Shown: positions 43,370 to 53,728 of the stretch, in pieces
Layout: each line of letters starts with the position of its first letter
How positions within the stretch are numbered: position 1 is the first letter of the stretch
Origin: a virus
Taxonomy: Duplodnaviria > Caudoviricetes
Virus record (IMG/VR): IMGVR_UViG_2687453531_000003
Coordinates: 21,299-85,298 of that record
Length of the DNA: 64,000 nucleotides
Strand: one strand, 5' to 3'
The notes under the pieces: model-generated
Seen by the model: only the letters and a program-made list of their open reading frames with translations
The model's database searches: none
Told to the model about the DNA's origin: nothing
Program-made: the position numbers and the translations under genes

Positions 43370-46129
43370 TTACTCCCGGTCCTGCAGGCGGGCGCGCAGG
43401 CGCGCCGCCTTGTTGCGTTCGCGCTCGTCCAGCAGTTGGCTGAGCGTGCGTTTCAGGTCTGCGGTGTCGCTGCCCGCGCCGGCCTGGATGGTGATGTAGT
43501 AGGTGTCGCCGCCAATGCTGATTGCCGCTGGCGCCGAGCTGACCGGGGGACGGTTGTCGATGGTGATGGCCTGCGCCGGGGCGCTGGCGCCGAGCACCAG
43601 GGCACCGATGGCGCCGGCGCTCTTGCCCAGGTCGCCCAGCATGGCCAGCAGCGGCTGGTCGAGCATCGGCGAGCGTTGGCGCTGGGCCGCGACCAGTTCG
43701 GTCACCACTGCCGGCGGGGTGATCGTAGAGCGGGTGCCTCGGGTCAGCTCACTGTCCAGGCCGGCGACAGCCTGGCGGCCTGCGTTGACCAGGCCTTGGC
43801 CGAGACGTGCAATCACGCCCAGCGGGCCGGCCTGGCCGGCGCCGAGGCCCTGGGTCAGGCCGGCCATGGTGAACCCGCCCAGGTCGGCGAATACCCGCGA
43901 CGGTGAATGGATGCCGAGCTTGTCCTTGAACCAGTCGATCGCGGCACCGCCGACGCGCTGGACGGCGCGCTTGATCTGCCCTAAGCCGGCGAGCAGGCCG
44001 TTCACCAGGCCCTGGACGATCATGTTGCCGAAGTCGCTGAAGCGCGCCGGCAGGTCGATGCCCAGGTAGCCCAGGACGCCGGCGAAGGCGCGGTACATCA
44101 GGCCGAGTGGGTTGAAGTCTAGGAGGATGCGGATGATCCCGCCGATCCCGCCGTTCAGGCCCGCCTGGATCTCTTCCCACATCCCGAGCAGGTACGCCTT
44201 GACGGCGTCCCAGTTGCGATAGATCAGGTACGCGGCGCCGGCCAGCACCGCCACGACGGCGGCAATTGCCAGGACCACCGGGTTGGCGGCCAGGCCCCAC
44301 AGCGCGATGCTCACGACGCGCAGGGCGGTTACCAGCGGGCCGATCAACAGGCCGGCCAGCATGCGGATCGGTGCGAACAGCAGTTTCAGCAGGCCGATCA
44401 GACCGGGCAGGCGAATGCCGATGGTGCCGAGCATGAAGCGGACCGCGATCATCGGGCCGAGGATGCCGGCGAGGGTGATGGCCAGGCTGCCGACGGTGGC
44501 CATCAGCGCCGAGAACGCGGCGACGGTGATGACGATGCCCTTGCTGACCTGCGGGTTGGCCTTCAGGAACTCGCCGACGTTGTGCAGCAGGTGACTGAGG
44601 TCTGCGGCGAGCTCGCGCAGCCAGGGGCTGTTCTTGTCGAACAGCTCGACCGAAATGTTTTCCAGGGCCGCATGGAGCATGGTCATGTCGCCCTTGAGGT
44701 TGTCCAGCTGGGTAGCGGCGACCCTCGCGGCCTCGCCCTCTGAGTTGTTCAGGCTTTCGCGCATGGTCTGGAACTGGCCGCCCTCGACGGCGCGCATCAG
44801 GGTGCCGAAGCTGGTCACCGCGTACTGCCCGGCGATGTCCTTGAAGATCGCGCCGCGCTGTACGTTGCCCATGCCGGCGGTCTTCTTGTTGATGTCCTTC
44901 AGGATGTCCAGCATATCGCGCATGTTGCCGTTGGCGTCCTTGGTCTGGACGCCCAGCTTGGCTACCGCCTTGGACGTGCCCAGGCGGGTCAGAACAGAGC
45001 GCATCGAGGTGCCGGCCATGCTGCCCTGGACGCCGGCGTTGCCGAGCAGGGCCGTGGCGGTGGTGACCGTCTCCAGGCTCTGGCCGTACTCGCGGCCGAC
45101 GCCGGCGGAGTACTTCAGCGAGTCGCCGAGCATGCGGATGTCGACGTTGTTCCGGGTGAACGCCGCAGTCAGTACGTCGGCCACCTGGTCCATTTTCTCT
45201 GCCGGAATCCCCATCGCCGTCTGGATGTTCGAGGCAATGTCAGCAGTGTCGCCGAGGTCCATGTCGCCCGCGGCGGCCAGGTTGAGCATGCCGGGCATGG
45301 CGCTGAGGATCTGCTTCGCGTTGTAGCCGGTGCGGCCCAGGAAGTACTGGCCCTGGGCGACTTCCTTGTCGGTGAACTTGCTGGACAGCGGCAGGGTTCG
45401 GGCCTGTTGCCGCAGCGCCTGCATCTGCGGATCGTCCTTGCGCTCGATGCGGGTAACCGCCTGGGTGGCCGACATCGTTGCGTCGAACTCGTAGCCCACG
45501 CCGAGCATCTGCCGCAGCTTGTCGCCGGTGTACATGCCCGTTGCGCGCGCCGCCATGCCGGTGCCGGCCAGCGCGGCAGCGCTCTGGATGCCACGGCTGT
45601 AGGTGTTGCGGGCGTGGGTTAGGCGCTCCTGCTGCTGGCTGAGGTTGCGTAAGCGCTGCGCCTGGCTGTTGATGGCGCCATTGGCCGCCTGGATCTGCGC
45701 GCGCAGGTCGCGCTCATGCTTGCCGAGGTTGCGCGTGCTGATGCCGGCGTTGCTGAGGCGCGTACGCAGTTGCTGCAGGGCTTGGCTCTGCTGCAGGTGC
45801 TGCTGCTTGAGGAAACCGGCTTCACGGATTGCCCGGTTGTAGTCGCGGGTGAGCGCACGGGTGGGGTTGCCGGCGGCGGCCATCTGCTGGGCTAGCGCTT
45901 TCACTCGGGCCTGTTGCGCGGCCAGCGCGGTGCTGACCTGCTCCAGGGCTCCGCGCTGGGTGCGGAATGCGCGCACGTCGCTCTGCTGAGCGTTGAGCTG
46001 CTTCAGGCGCTCGCGAGTTGCCTTGAGCGCCCGGGCCGTCGCGTCGCTGCCTTGCATGATGCGACGCAGGGGAGCGGTGGCTCTGTCGATCGCGCTGAGC
46101 AGCACGCGCAGCTGCAGGTCATTCGCCAT
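43370..46129 (-). CDS. P2 gpT tape measure protein
   Basis: 919 aa, AIDRATAP, QGSMAGT, LGIHSPSRVF. Confidence 0.92.
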   Translation of the reverse strand: MANDLQLRVLLSAIDRATAPLRRIMQGSDATARALKATRERLKQLNAQQSDVRAFRTQRGALEQVSTALAAQQARVKALAQQMAAAGNPTRALTRDYNRAIREAGFLKQQHLQQSQALQQLRTRLSNAGISTRNLGKHERDLRAQIQAANGAINSQAQRLRNLSQQQERLTHARNTYSRGIQSAAALAGTGMAARATGMYTGDKLRQMLGVGYEFDATMSATQAVTRIERKDDPQMQALRQQARTLPLSSKFTDKEVAQGQYFLGRTGYNAKQILSAMPGMLNLAAAGDMDLGDTADIASNIQTAMGIPAEKMDQVADVLTAAFTRNNVDIRMLGDSLKYSAGVGREYGQSLETVTTATALLGNAGVQGSMAGTSMRSVLTRLGTSKAVAKLGVQTKDANGNMRDMLDILKDINKKTAGMGNVQRGAIFKDIAGQYAVTSFGTLMRAVEGGQFQTMRESLNNSEGEAARVAATQLDNLKGDMTMLHAALENISVELFDKNSPWLRELAADLSHLLHNVGEFLKANPQVSKGIVITVAAFSALMATVGSLAITLAGILGPMIAVRFMLGTIGIRLPGLIGLLKLLFAPIRMLAGLLIGPLVTALRVVSIALWGLAANPVVLAIAAVVAVLAGAAYLIYRNWDAVKAYLLGMWEEIQAGLNGGIGGIIRILLDFNPLGLMYRAFAGVLGYLGIDLPARFSDFGNMIVQGLVNGLLAGLGQIKRAVQRVGGAAIDWFKDKLGIHSPSRVFADLGGFTMAGLTQGLGAGQAGPLGVIARLGQGLVNAGRQAVAGLDSELTRGTRSTITPPAVVTELVAAQRQRSPMLDQPLLAMLGDLGKSAGAIGALVLGASAPAQAITIDNRPPVSSAPAAISIGGDTYYITIQAGAGSDTADLKRTLSQLLDERERNKAARLRARLQDRE

Positions 46130-46295
46130 CGGCGGAACTCCTTACCCGGGCGCGTTCGCGCCATTCCATCAGTTCGGTGAGCGAGAGCCGGTCCATATGG
46201 TCCGGCGCCCAGTGAAACGTCACGGCCAGGTCGGCCATGGCGTTTTCTACGCGATCAGGGAGGCTGCCGCCGACGCCCGCTTCTGCAGCAAAAAA
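46119..46295 (-). CDS. P2 gpE' -1 frameshift extension
   Basis: Minus-strand TTTTTTG at 46295-46289; -1 frame encodes MADLAVTFHWAP...LTELMEWRERA. Confidence 0.85.
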   Translation of the reverse strand, partial: FFAAEAGVGGSLPDRVENAMADLAVTFHWAPDHMDRLSLTELMEWRERARVRSSADGE

Positions 46296-46576
46296 CCGGC
46301 GATCACCTGGCCGCAGGCGAGCAGGTCAGCCGGGTCCATGCCGGCGGCCTCGGGCTCGGTGATGGTCGGTTGGCTGATGCGCGGCAGGATTTTCATGGTG
46401 GCAGCCACGTCGAACTGCAGCAGGTCGAGCAGGTGCAGGCCGCGGAGTTCGCCAGAGGAGGGCTTGCGCAGGGTGAGCGATTCGATGGACTGGGCGCCGC
46501 GCTTGATCGGCTGGTCGAGGGTTACGACGTTGTCGGGAGCGTTCTGCAGGTCAGCGGGAGTCTGTTCGGTTTTCAT
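46247..46576 (-). CDS. P2 gpE tail assembly chaperone
   Basis: VTLDQPIKRG...LRKPSSGELRGL. Confidence 0.9.
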   Translation of the reverse strand: MKTEQTPADLQNAPDNVVTLDQPIKRGAQSIESLTLRKPSSGELRGLHLLDLLQFDVAATMKILPRISQPTITEPEAAGMDPADLLACGQVIAGFLLQKRASAAASLIA

Positions 46577-46630
46577 GGGCGTCGGTATCCAAGGGGGAGA
46601 GGAACCGCCGGTCGGGCCGGCGGGAAGGGA

Positions 46631-47146
46631 TTACAGGCCGATGGCCTTGCGCTGTGCCTCGAGCAGGTCCTTGCCGTTGACCTTCTCGACGAAGTTCAGC
46701 AGGTCGATCTCGATGACTTCCTCGCCGTTGACGACGAGCTTGTAGTAGCTGCAGGTGGTGGTGATCTTGTGCTCGGTGTCTTCGCCGGGCTGGGCGTCAC
46801 CCATTTCGATGGTCTCGTGCCGGCCGCGAACGACGATTTCGACGGACGTGACCGCGCCGGTATCGTCCTGCTGGTAGGCGCCGGCGAAACGCAGCATCAC
46901 GCCGCTGGCGCTGACTGCGCCGTACTGCTTGAGGACGGTCAGCTCCAGGCCCCCGACGGTCCACTCGAACTGGATGCCGTCGTCGTCGTGGCCGAGGTCG
47001 GCCTTGACCGGGCCGTTCATGCCGCCCCCGCGGAAGGCCTCCATCTTGCGGGCCAGCGGGGGCAGGGTGCAGGACTTCACAAGGCCCTGGTAGCTACCGC
47101 CATCGTTGAAAAGGTTCATGTTCTTGAGCTTGCGCGGCATGGCCAT
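46631..47146 (-). CDS. P2 gpFII tail tube
   Basis: MAMPRKLKNMNLFNDG, RGGGMNG. Confidence 0.93.
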   Translation of the reverse strand: MAMPRKLKNMNLFNDGGSYQGLVKSCTLPPLARKMEAFRGGGMNGPVKADLGHDDDGIQFEWTVGGLELTVLKQYGAVSASGVMLRFAGAYQQDDTGAVTSVEIVVRGRHETIEMGDAQPGEDTEHKITTTCSYYKLVVNGEEVIEIDLLNFVEKVNGKDLLEAQRKAIGL

Positions 47147-47202
47147 TGTGGGGCTCTCCGGGAATCAGGTGGGTCGGCTCCCCGTCCGGGGAGCGCTGGG
47201 CG

Positions 47203-48378
47203 TCAGGCGTTGACGCGGCTGGCGAAGTCGACGAGGTAGCTGTCGGTGATCTTCTGGAAGAAGGTCAGGTCCTCGAGCGGCGGCACCGGGGTGTAGTCGT
47301 AGGCGATGCGCAGCTTGCCGGCCTTGAGCGTGTCCTTGTCGTTCATGCTGGGGTCGTACCAGGCCTGGGCATCGATGATCAGGCCGAGCCCCTTGAGTTC
47401 GCGGAACTTGGCGTTCACGCCCTCGAGGATGTCGCGCACCAGCGACGGGTGCATGGGCTTGTCGACCGCCCACATATGCGCTTCGGCGATGGTGTCGGCT
47501 AGCACCTGGGCGGTGCGGGTGTAGTTCTCGAAGGCGAACAGCGGATCATCGCTGCAGGTGCGCGAACCCCAGAAACGGAATCCCCCTTCCTGCACCAGGG
47601 TGGTGACCTCGTTCTCGTTGAGGTAGTTGGCGTCGGTGCTGGGGCTCTGCAGATCCCAGAACACGTCGGCGCTGATGCCGGTCACGCCGTTGACGGCGAC
47701 GTTCGACAGGGTCTTGTGCCAACCGACCTCCTGATCGATCCGGGCGCGCAAGCCCAATGCCTGGGCAACAGCTGGCGCGGGCACGGTCTGGTTGACCACG
47801 GTGCTCCACGTCAGGAAGTCCGGCCAGATCACCATGGCGTCGCGCGCGGCGAAGTTCTCGCGGTAGGCGGTGGCCTCTTCCTTTGTCTTGCAGCCGCTGG
47901 CGGAGACATAAGCGAAGGCTCGCAGTTGCTGGGCGATGGCGATGAGTGCGGTAGCGACCGGCTGGGTATCCAGGCCCGGCACGCCGAGGATGCGCGGTAC
48001 CACGCCCAAGCGGGCCTTGGCGGCAAGCAAGGCCTTCATGCCGGTGTACTTGCCATCGGCGCTGACGCCGCCGATGACCGCGCTATTGGTCGCGGCTTCA
48101 TCCTCGCCCGGCTTCACTCGCACCACAACGGTGGCGGCGTTGGCCTGGTCGGCGATTGCCTGCAGGCTTGCGGGCAGCGTACCGCTGGTGCCTGCCTTAC
48201 CGATGGCAGCCTGCACGTTGGTGATGAGTACCGGCGTATCGAGTGGAAAGGCGGTGGCGTCGGCGTCTTCGGCGGTGGCTACCAGGCCGATGATCGCGGT
48301 GGCGATGGTGCGAATGGGGCGGGTCCCGTCATTGATCTCTTGGACCCGGACACCGTGATGATATTGGTCAGCGGCCAT
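47203..48378 (-). CDS. P2 gpFI tail sheath
   Basis: YHHGVRV, GWHKTLSNV, FRFWGSRT. Confidence 0.95.
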   Translation of the reverse strand: MAADQYHHGVRVQEINDGTRPIRTIATAIIGLVATAEDADATAFPLDTPVLITNVQAAIGKAGTSGTLPASLQAIADQANAATVVVRVKPGEDEAATNSAVIGGVSADGKYTGMKALLAAKARLGVVPRILGVPGLDTQPVATALIAIAQQLRAFAYVSASGCKTKEEATAYRENFAARDAMVIWPDFLTWSTVVNQTVPAPAVAQALGLRARIDQEVGWHKTLSNVAVNGVTGISADVFWDLQSPSTDANYLNENEVTTLVQEGGFRFWGSRTCSDDPLFAFENYTRTAQVLADTIAEAHMWAVDKPMHPSLVRDILEGVNAKFRELKGLGLIIDAQAWYDPSMNDKDTLKAGKLRIAYDYTPVPPLEDLTFFQKITDSYLVDFASRVNA

Positions 48379-48454
48379 GGGGTGTGCCTGTGCAGTGGTT
48401 GGATGACACTGCACAGGCTGCCGCGCGCGCGGCGAAGGGGCGATGCGGGAAGCT

Positions 48455-48473
48455 TGTACGGCGGGAAGCTACA
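48455..48473. promoter_or_regulatory. Ogr-type late activator site (F operon)
   Basis: TGTA-N11-TACA, same pattern at 53697 and 61122. Confidence 0.75.
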
Positions 48474-48933
48474 AGACGCCATCTGCAAAGAGGGCGTCGA
48501 GCCAGTCCGGTGCGGTCGGCCGGTGTTCTGCGAGCGGAAACTCACCGGACTCCGGCCAGTCGCGCAGTTGGCGGCGGTAGGCCTGCAGCACCTGGTACTG
48601 CTCCGCGCTGAGCGTCGTGGTACCAACCTCCAGCTCGTCGCGGTGACGGGCGACCAGGGCGTCGGTGTCGACGAGCTGGCGGTCGCGCCAGTTGCGCTCA
48701 ATAGCGGCTTGCGCCTCCTCTGTGGGCGGCGGTGGTTCTTTCGTTGCTGGCTGTCCATCGGCGTCCGCGCAGATCACACGGCCGGACTCCTGTTCTAGCA
48801 GAATGCGGGCGTGTACTTCATCGCTGACGGGGACGCCGTCATCCGGCCAGCCGATCCCGGCCTCGTAGACCTCGCGCAAGGACACGGGGTAGAAGACCCT
48901 CGCGGACGGCGAGAAAACATAGCTAGCGCTCAT
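48469..48933 (-). CDS. Tail fibre assembly chaperone
   Basis: ERNWRDRQL, YRRQLRDWPESGEFP. Confidence 0.85.
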   Translation of the reverse strand: MSASYVFSPSARVFYPVSLREVYEAGIGWPDDGVPVSDEVHARILLEQESGRVICADADGQPATKEPPPPTEEAQAAIERNWRDRQLVDTDALVARHRDELEVGTTTLSAEQYQVLQAYRRQLRDWPESGEFPLAEHRPTAPDWLDALFADGVL

Positions 48934-51287
48934 CGACCGAATGCCTCCCAAAGCAAAATCGCCTGGAATTGATACCCGTTTTCTAAAGTTGCACCTGTCG
49001 TCGACGGGTTATAGAACGAGGTGCTCGCGTCGGTTCCTGGGTGGAAATTCGCAGTTTGACCAGCGAACCCGCCCAAGCAGACATTCGGGAACGCGATGGG
49101 GAAGGTGATCGCCGCAGTACCATCACCAGGCACTGTCACACGGCCCCATTGGCGGATGTAACCCGTATCGTTGTCCCTCCACCAACCGCTTGCTCCCAAG
49201 GAGGCTGTGGCGATGGTGCCGGCTCCGATGTTGCTACGCGCCGTCGTGGCGTTGTTCGCCCCAAGTCCGCCTCGAGCCAGCGGCAGGATGCCAGACGTAA
49301 TCTGGCTGGCGTCGTGGATGTGCGCCGTGGGTGGAAACGTCGCGGGCTTTCCTGGCAGCGACGACCAGTTGTACTCCGACTTGGCCACGTAGTTGCCCGG
49401 GTTGAAGTTGCCGGAGTCCCATGCCCGGAACCATCCTCCCCAGGTGCCGTTGTATCTGCAGCGCCAGTACAGACCGCCAGCGGCATAGCCACGATAAGTC
49501 TGATAGATCATCGAGGAGGTTGGAGCATGCACCGTCAATATGCCGGCCTCGCCCACCGGATAGTTCGCGCCGTTCTGTGCGTTCGCGCTGAACGGTTGAT
49601 GCCACCAGCCCGACGCAATCATTGAATCCAAGTTGACTCCGCCACCCAGGACGCCATCCGGCGCATGAGCGAACGCCCCTCCCAGATCGCAGCGGACCCA
49701 TGCTGACCACTCTCGCTTCGAAGGATCGGTTGTTGCGGGGGAGCCGTAGGCATAACGAACGTACATGTCAGCCACGCCGGCATAGCCGGTTGCAATCTGC
49801 GTCGCGTTGCCTTCGACGGTCGGATAGAACATCGTCTGGATGTAGTAGTAGCGGCCAGCCACTGGGCCATTCGCGTGATTGGTCAGTACCAGCGGAATGA
49901 CCACCGAGTTGGGATCAACGCTGGTATGCACTGCCGTGGCCAGTCCCTGCGACACCAACGGCAAGCGTTCAAGATCGAGTCGACCGGTCGCAATCTTCGA
50001 CGCATCCAACGCAGGAATGTCTGCTGCCGTCAGGCCACCGCCACCGGTAACCAGCCCCTTGGCGTTAACAGTGACTTTGGGGTAGGAGCCGGCATTTACA
50101 CCCGAGTTCGCCAACGTGACCGTGATTCCAGCGTTCGCGCTACCGTCGAACGTTGTCGAGCCGCTGACGTCCCCACCGAGGTAGATCGTACGAGGGGCGG
50201 CGAGTTTGACCGCCGTTGCAGCCTGACCAATACCATTGCCGGTACCGCCTCTGGCAGCAGGTAAGATGCCGGAGGTGATTTTTCCGGCATCAAGGGCCGG
50301 AATATCACTCGCTACAAGCCCAGTGGCTCCGGTAACCAGTCCTTTGGCGTTCACCGTGACTTTCGCGTAGGTCCCGGCGGTGACGCCGGAGTTGGCCAGC
50401 GTCAGGACTCCGTTGACGTTTGTGGCCCCATCGAACCGAGCTGACCACGTTGCATCGCCGCTCGCGCTGAGCGTGATGGGCGCTGCAAGCCGGCTGGCAG
50501 TGGCTGCGTTGCCCGTAATCGAGGCCGGTAGTAGCCCGGCCGCGTTCAGCCTGAGCAGCTTGTTCGCCGTCGGGGTAGTGACCGCCTCGCTGGCATGCAG
50601 TGCGTCCGTGATGCCGTAGCCGCCCAGCGTGGTCGGGTTGCTGCCGGCGGTGACGATGCCATTGGCGTTGACGGTGACCGCACGGTAGGTGCCGGCACCC
50701 ACGCCGGAGGCTGGTAAGGCGATGGTGCGATCCGCAGACAAATCGCCACCGCCGACCAGGCCGTTGCCGGCCAGCACCTTGCGTCCCTTGAAGTCCGCGG
50801 CAACCTTCGCCGTCACCCAGTCCTGGGTGGCGTAGACGATGCCGTCGTCGATGATCAGTTCGACGTGCTCCATGCCGGATAGGATGATCTGCACGCGGAT
50901 GGTCTGGGTGCGCGCGCTCCCGCTCTCGACGCTGGCCTTGAAGCTGGGCGGGCAGTTGGCGACCGCCACGAACTTCCCGTCGGCGTCCTCGAGGCCGATC
51001 TCCCGTATCCAGAATCCACCGATGGCCATCGGCAGTACCAGCTCGGCGACCAGCACGTTTGCGCTTTGCTCGGAGACGAACAGACGGTTCAGTTGAGCGC
51101 GGTAGCGCTGGCGAATCAGCTTGGTCTGAGCGGCCGAGGGGATGGGGTCAGCCGTCTCGCCGGGCGCGCCGCCGGCGTCACCGATGAGCATATGGGTGGG
51201 CTGCCACTTCTTCCCGGCCTCGCTCGCCGCGATCAGCGCTGCCGCGCCGATGTCGGTGAGCAGGCCGCCGTACTTGGGAGTCGTCAT
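48930..51287 (-). CDS. Tail fibre (gpH, R-pyocin-like)
   Basis: LLTDIGAA, GGFWIREIGL, repeated AGTY/AGSY..VTVNAKGLVT units, C-terminal YIRQWG. Confidence 0.92.
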   Translation of the reverse strand: MTTPKYGGLLTDIGAAALIAASEAGKKWQPTHMLIGDAGGAPGETADPIPSAAQTKLIRQRYRAQLNRLFVSEQSANVLVAELVLPMAIGGFWIREIGLEDADGKFVAVANCPPSFKASVESGSARTQTIRVQIILSGMEHVELIIDDGIVYATQDWVTAKVAADFKGRKVLAGNGLVGGGDLSADRTIALPASGVGAGTYRAVTVNANGIVTAGSNPTTLGGYGITDALHASEAVTTPTANKLLRLNAAGLLPASITGNAATASRLAAPITLSASGDATWSARFDGATNVNGVLTLANSGVTAGTYAKVTVNAKGLVTGATGLVASDIPALDAGKITSGILPAARGGTGNGIGQAATAVKLAAPRTIYLGGDVSGSTTFDGSANAGITVTLANSGVNAGSYPKVTVNAKGLVTGGGGLTAADIPALDASKIATGRLDLERLPLVSQGLATAVHTSVDPNSVVIPLVLTNHANGPVAGRYYYIQTMFYPTVEGNATQIATGYAGVADMYVRYAYGSPATTDPSKREWSAWVRCDLGGAFAHAPDGVLGGGVNLDSMIASGWWHQPFSANAQNGANYPVGEAGILTVHAPTSSMIYQTYRGYAAGGLYWRCRYNGTWGGWFRAWDSGNFNPGNYVAKSEYNWSSLPGKPATFPPTAHIHDASQITSGILPLARGGLGANNATTARSNIGAGTIATASLGASGWWRDNDTGYIRQWGRVTVPGDGTAAITFPIAFPNVCLGGFAGQTANFHPGTDASTSFYNPSTTGATLENGYQFQAILLWEAFGR

Positions 51288-51288
51288 A

Positions 51289-51825
51289 TCACTGCTTCCA
51301 GGGGCTGATTTCCAGGGTGTCGCCGTCGATCGTCGCCAGGCCGTGGCGGGCCAGGATGTCCGGCGTGATGCGCAGGTCCAGGCGGGTCAGGTGTCGGCTG
51401 ACTGGGCGCACGTCGTCGAGCAGGCGCTCGAGCTCGAGCACGGTCTCCTCGTCGAGACCGTTGTCGCTGACGTCGACGGTGATTTCGAAGGTGCCGGGGA
51501 CGCCGGCGGGGGTCTGTTGCCACCACTCGAGGATGTCGGTCAGCGAGCCGACGGGCTCGACCACGCGGCGCAGGGCGCTCAAGGTTCCCTTGTGGGAGTG
51601 GACGAGGTAGGCATCCCGAATGACCTGGCGCTTCACACGCTCCGGCCAGGTGCTGTCCCAGCGATCGACGGAGAACGCCCAGGCCAGGTACGGCAGAAGG
51701 GCGACCGGGCAGGTGCTGGGGTTCCACAGTTGGCGCAATGGGATCGGTACCCGCTCAATCTGCGCCAGGGCTTCGGCGGCCAGGCGCTCAAGTTCGGTGG
51801 CGTTGCGTGGGAGCAAGCTGGGCAT
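51289..51825 (-). CDS. P2 gpI baseplate protein
   Basis: LLPYLAWAFSVDRWD, HKGT. Confidence 0.92.
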   Translation of the reverse strand: MPSLLPRNATELERLAAEALAQIERVPIPLRQLWNPSTCPVALLPYLAWAFSVDRWDSTWPERVKRQVIRDAYLVHSHKGTLSALRRVVEPVGSLTDILEWWQQTPAGVPGTFEITVDVSDNGLDEETVLELERLLDDVRPVSRHLTRLDLRITPDILARHGLATIDGDTLEISPWKQ

Positions 51826-52739
51826 CACTCATCCCCCAGCGTCAGCGTAATTCCGGTGCAGTAGGGCGCCTGGGCTGGTGTGGCGGCGATGTCCGACCAG
51901 TTGCTGAGCGTGACCTTGCGCACGCCTTCCACGTGGAGGGCCGCATGCACCGCCGATTCGGACACTTCCATGCCCAGGCGTCGACGCTGATGGACGTAGG
52001 CCGTCAAGCGGGCCCGGGCGGCATCGAGTATCGGCTCGGACTCCGGGCCGATGGTGGCCAGGTAGAGCGTCGCGTCGACACGGTACTCGAGCACTTGGGC
52101 GGACTGGACTGTTAGGCGATCAGCGACGGGGCGACGGTCGGCGTCGTTGAGGTAGGCGTCGACGATGGCCAGCAGGTCCGCCGGGGCGCTGCCGTTGCCC
52201 TGGGCGGCCTGCACCGTCACCACGACAACGGCAGGCGATGGGCTGACGGCCGAGGCATCGCCGACGCGACCGTCGGCGGCGCGGGCGTGGAAGATGTAGC
52301 TGTTACGCGGTCCCGCGGTGCTGAGGCCTTCCCAGGCCATCTGCGCCCGCTCGCGCAGGCTGTCGTCGGACTCCAGCAGTTCCGGCACGGGCGGCACCTT
52401 CGACGGATCTCCAGGCTGGATGACCAGGCGCTTGACGTTGTAGTTCGCGGCGAGCTGGTCGAGGTCAGCGCCCTGGGCGCTGGCCAGCATGTTGGCGAGA
52501 GCCGCCTCGTTGACCCGCTGGCGCCAGAGCATTTCGCGGTATGCGTTTTCCTCGAGCAGCTTGGTCAGCGGTTCGGACTCCAGGGCGAGGCGGGCGGCGA
52601 TTTCCGCCTGCTGATCCTCCGGCCAGAGGCTGATGGCGTAGGCCTTGCGCTCGGCGAGTATCTGCTCGTAGTCCAGCTGCTCCACCGCGTGTGGTGGCGG
52701 CAACTGGCTGAGGTCGATGGCGACGAAGTTCGTTGTCAT
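51825..52739 (-). CDS. P2 gpJ baseplate protein
   Basis: IDLSQLPPP, LESDDSLRER, STAGP. Confidence 0.93.
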   Translation of the reverse strand: MTTNFVAIDLSQLPPPHAVEQLDYEQILAERKAYAISLWPEDQQAEIAARLALESEPLTKLLEENAYREMLWRQRVNEAALANMLASAQGADLDQLAANYNVKRLVIQPGDPSKVPPVPELLESDDSLRERAQMAWEGLSTAGPRNSYIFHARAADGRVGDASAVSPSPAVVVVTVQAAQGNGSAPADLLAIVDAYLNDADRRPVADRLTVQSAQVLEYRVDATLYLATIGPESEPILDAARARLTAYVHQRRRLGMEVSESAVHAALHVEGVRKVTLSNWSDIAATPAQAPYCTGITLTLGDE

Positions 52740-53080
52740 GCGCTGGCGCCCATCTGCAGGGGGATGCTCAGGTTGTGCGGCTCGTTGCTGTCCACCAGGG
52801 TGGCGTCAATCTCCATGAGCACCTGGCCGGCCAGGTTCTGGCCGGTGATCTGGACACGGCTCAGGCGGATGCGCGGTTCCCAGCGCATGAGGGCCATGGC
52901 GGTGGCGGCATAGACCTGCAGGCGGGTGGTGTCGTTGAACGGAGCATCGATCAGCTCCGGCAACTGGCTGCCGTATTCGCGTCGCATGACGCGGGTACCG
53001 ATGCGAGTTGTGAGGATGTCGGCGATCGACTGGCGGATGTGTGCCAAGCGGTCGATGGCGCCGCCGGTATGGGCATTCAT
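52736..53080 (-). CDS. P2 gpW baseplate wedge
   Basis: HIRQSIADILTT.IGTRVMRREYGS, WEPRI. Confidence 0.93.
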   Translation of the reverse strand: MNAHTGGAIDRLAHIRQSIADILTTRIGTRVMRREYGSQLPELIDAPFNDTTRLQVYAATAMALMRWEPRIRLSRVQITGQNLAGQVLMEIDATLVDSNEPHNLSIPLQMGASA

Positions 53081-53649
53081 TGCGGTTTCCCCGTCGTAGC
53101 GCCGCCCGGTATGACGCCGCCGTGGGTATGACCGACCAGGCTGATGCCCTTGGCGATCACGTCGACGCTCACCGTGACCTTGCCGGTGACGGTCTGGTTG
53201 CCCGTCTGGATGTAGTCGCCCTGGTGTGTGATGTCGCCGACGATGCGGATGCCGCCGTCGCTGATGAGTTCGGTGGTACCGCCGGCGGGAAGAACTGCGC
53301 GCAGGTGGTGGGCTGCGCTGTCGTACTCAATCACCGCGCCGTCGCGGTAGGTGGTGCGATGCAGGGCGTCGCGGTCGCCGTTGGGCGGGATCAGGTCACT
53401 GAACAAGCCGGTCAGGACCACGCCATTGGCGGTCTGCCCGGATGGGCTGAAGAGCAGTACCTGCTCGTTCAGGGTGGGGGCGTTCCATTCGCGGTCGGCG
53501 CCGGCCCGCGGCGATGCCCAAGGCAGCCAGCCGGTCAGCAGGTCGCCGGTCAACACACGGACGCGCTGCGCGGCATGGTCCACCGCGGCGATGGTGCCGA
53601 GGCGGATCAGGTTCTCGATCATGCGGGAGAGGGCGGCGAAGTCGTTCAT
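53077..53649 (-). CDS. P2 gpV baseplate spike
   Basis: NLIRLGTI, C-terminal HTHGGV. Confidence 0.93.
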   Translation of the reverse strand: MNDFAALSRMIENLIRLGTIAAVDHAAQRVRVLTGDLLTGWLPWASPRAGADREWNAPTLNEQVLLFSPSGQTANGVVLTGLFSDLIPPNGDRDALHRTTYRDGAVIEYDSAAHHLRAVLPAGGTTELISDGGIRIVGDITHQGDYIQTGNQTVTGKVTVSVDVIAKGISLVGHTHGGVIPGGATTGKPQ

Positions 53650-53696
53650 GCCACCGATGTTTATTATGTTTTTGTGCTGCGTGAATCTTTTAAGCC

Positions 53697-53715
53697 TGTA
53701 CTGTAGGTGACTACA
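53697..53715. promoter_or_regulatory. Ogr-type late activator site (V operon)
   Basis: TGTACTGTAGGTGACTACA upstream of V. Confidence 0.7.
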
Positions 53716-53728
53716 AATAGTCGCTACC

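Noticed and set aside
48469-51287. Tail-fibre inversion system or diversity-generating retroelement
   Set aside because: No invertase, reverse transcriptase or duplicated tip segment; internal repeats are normal fibre units
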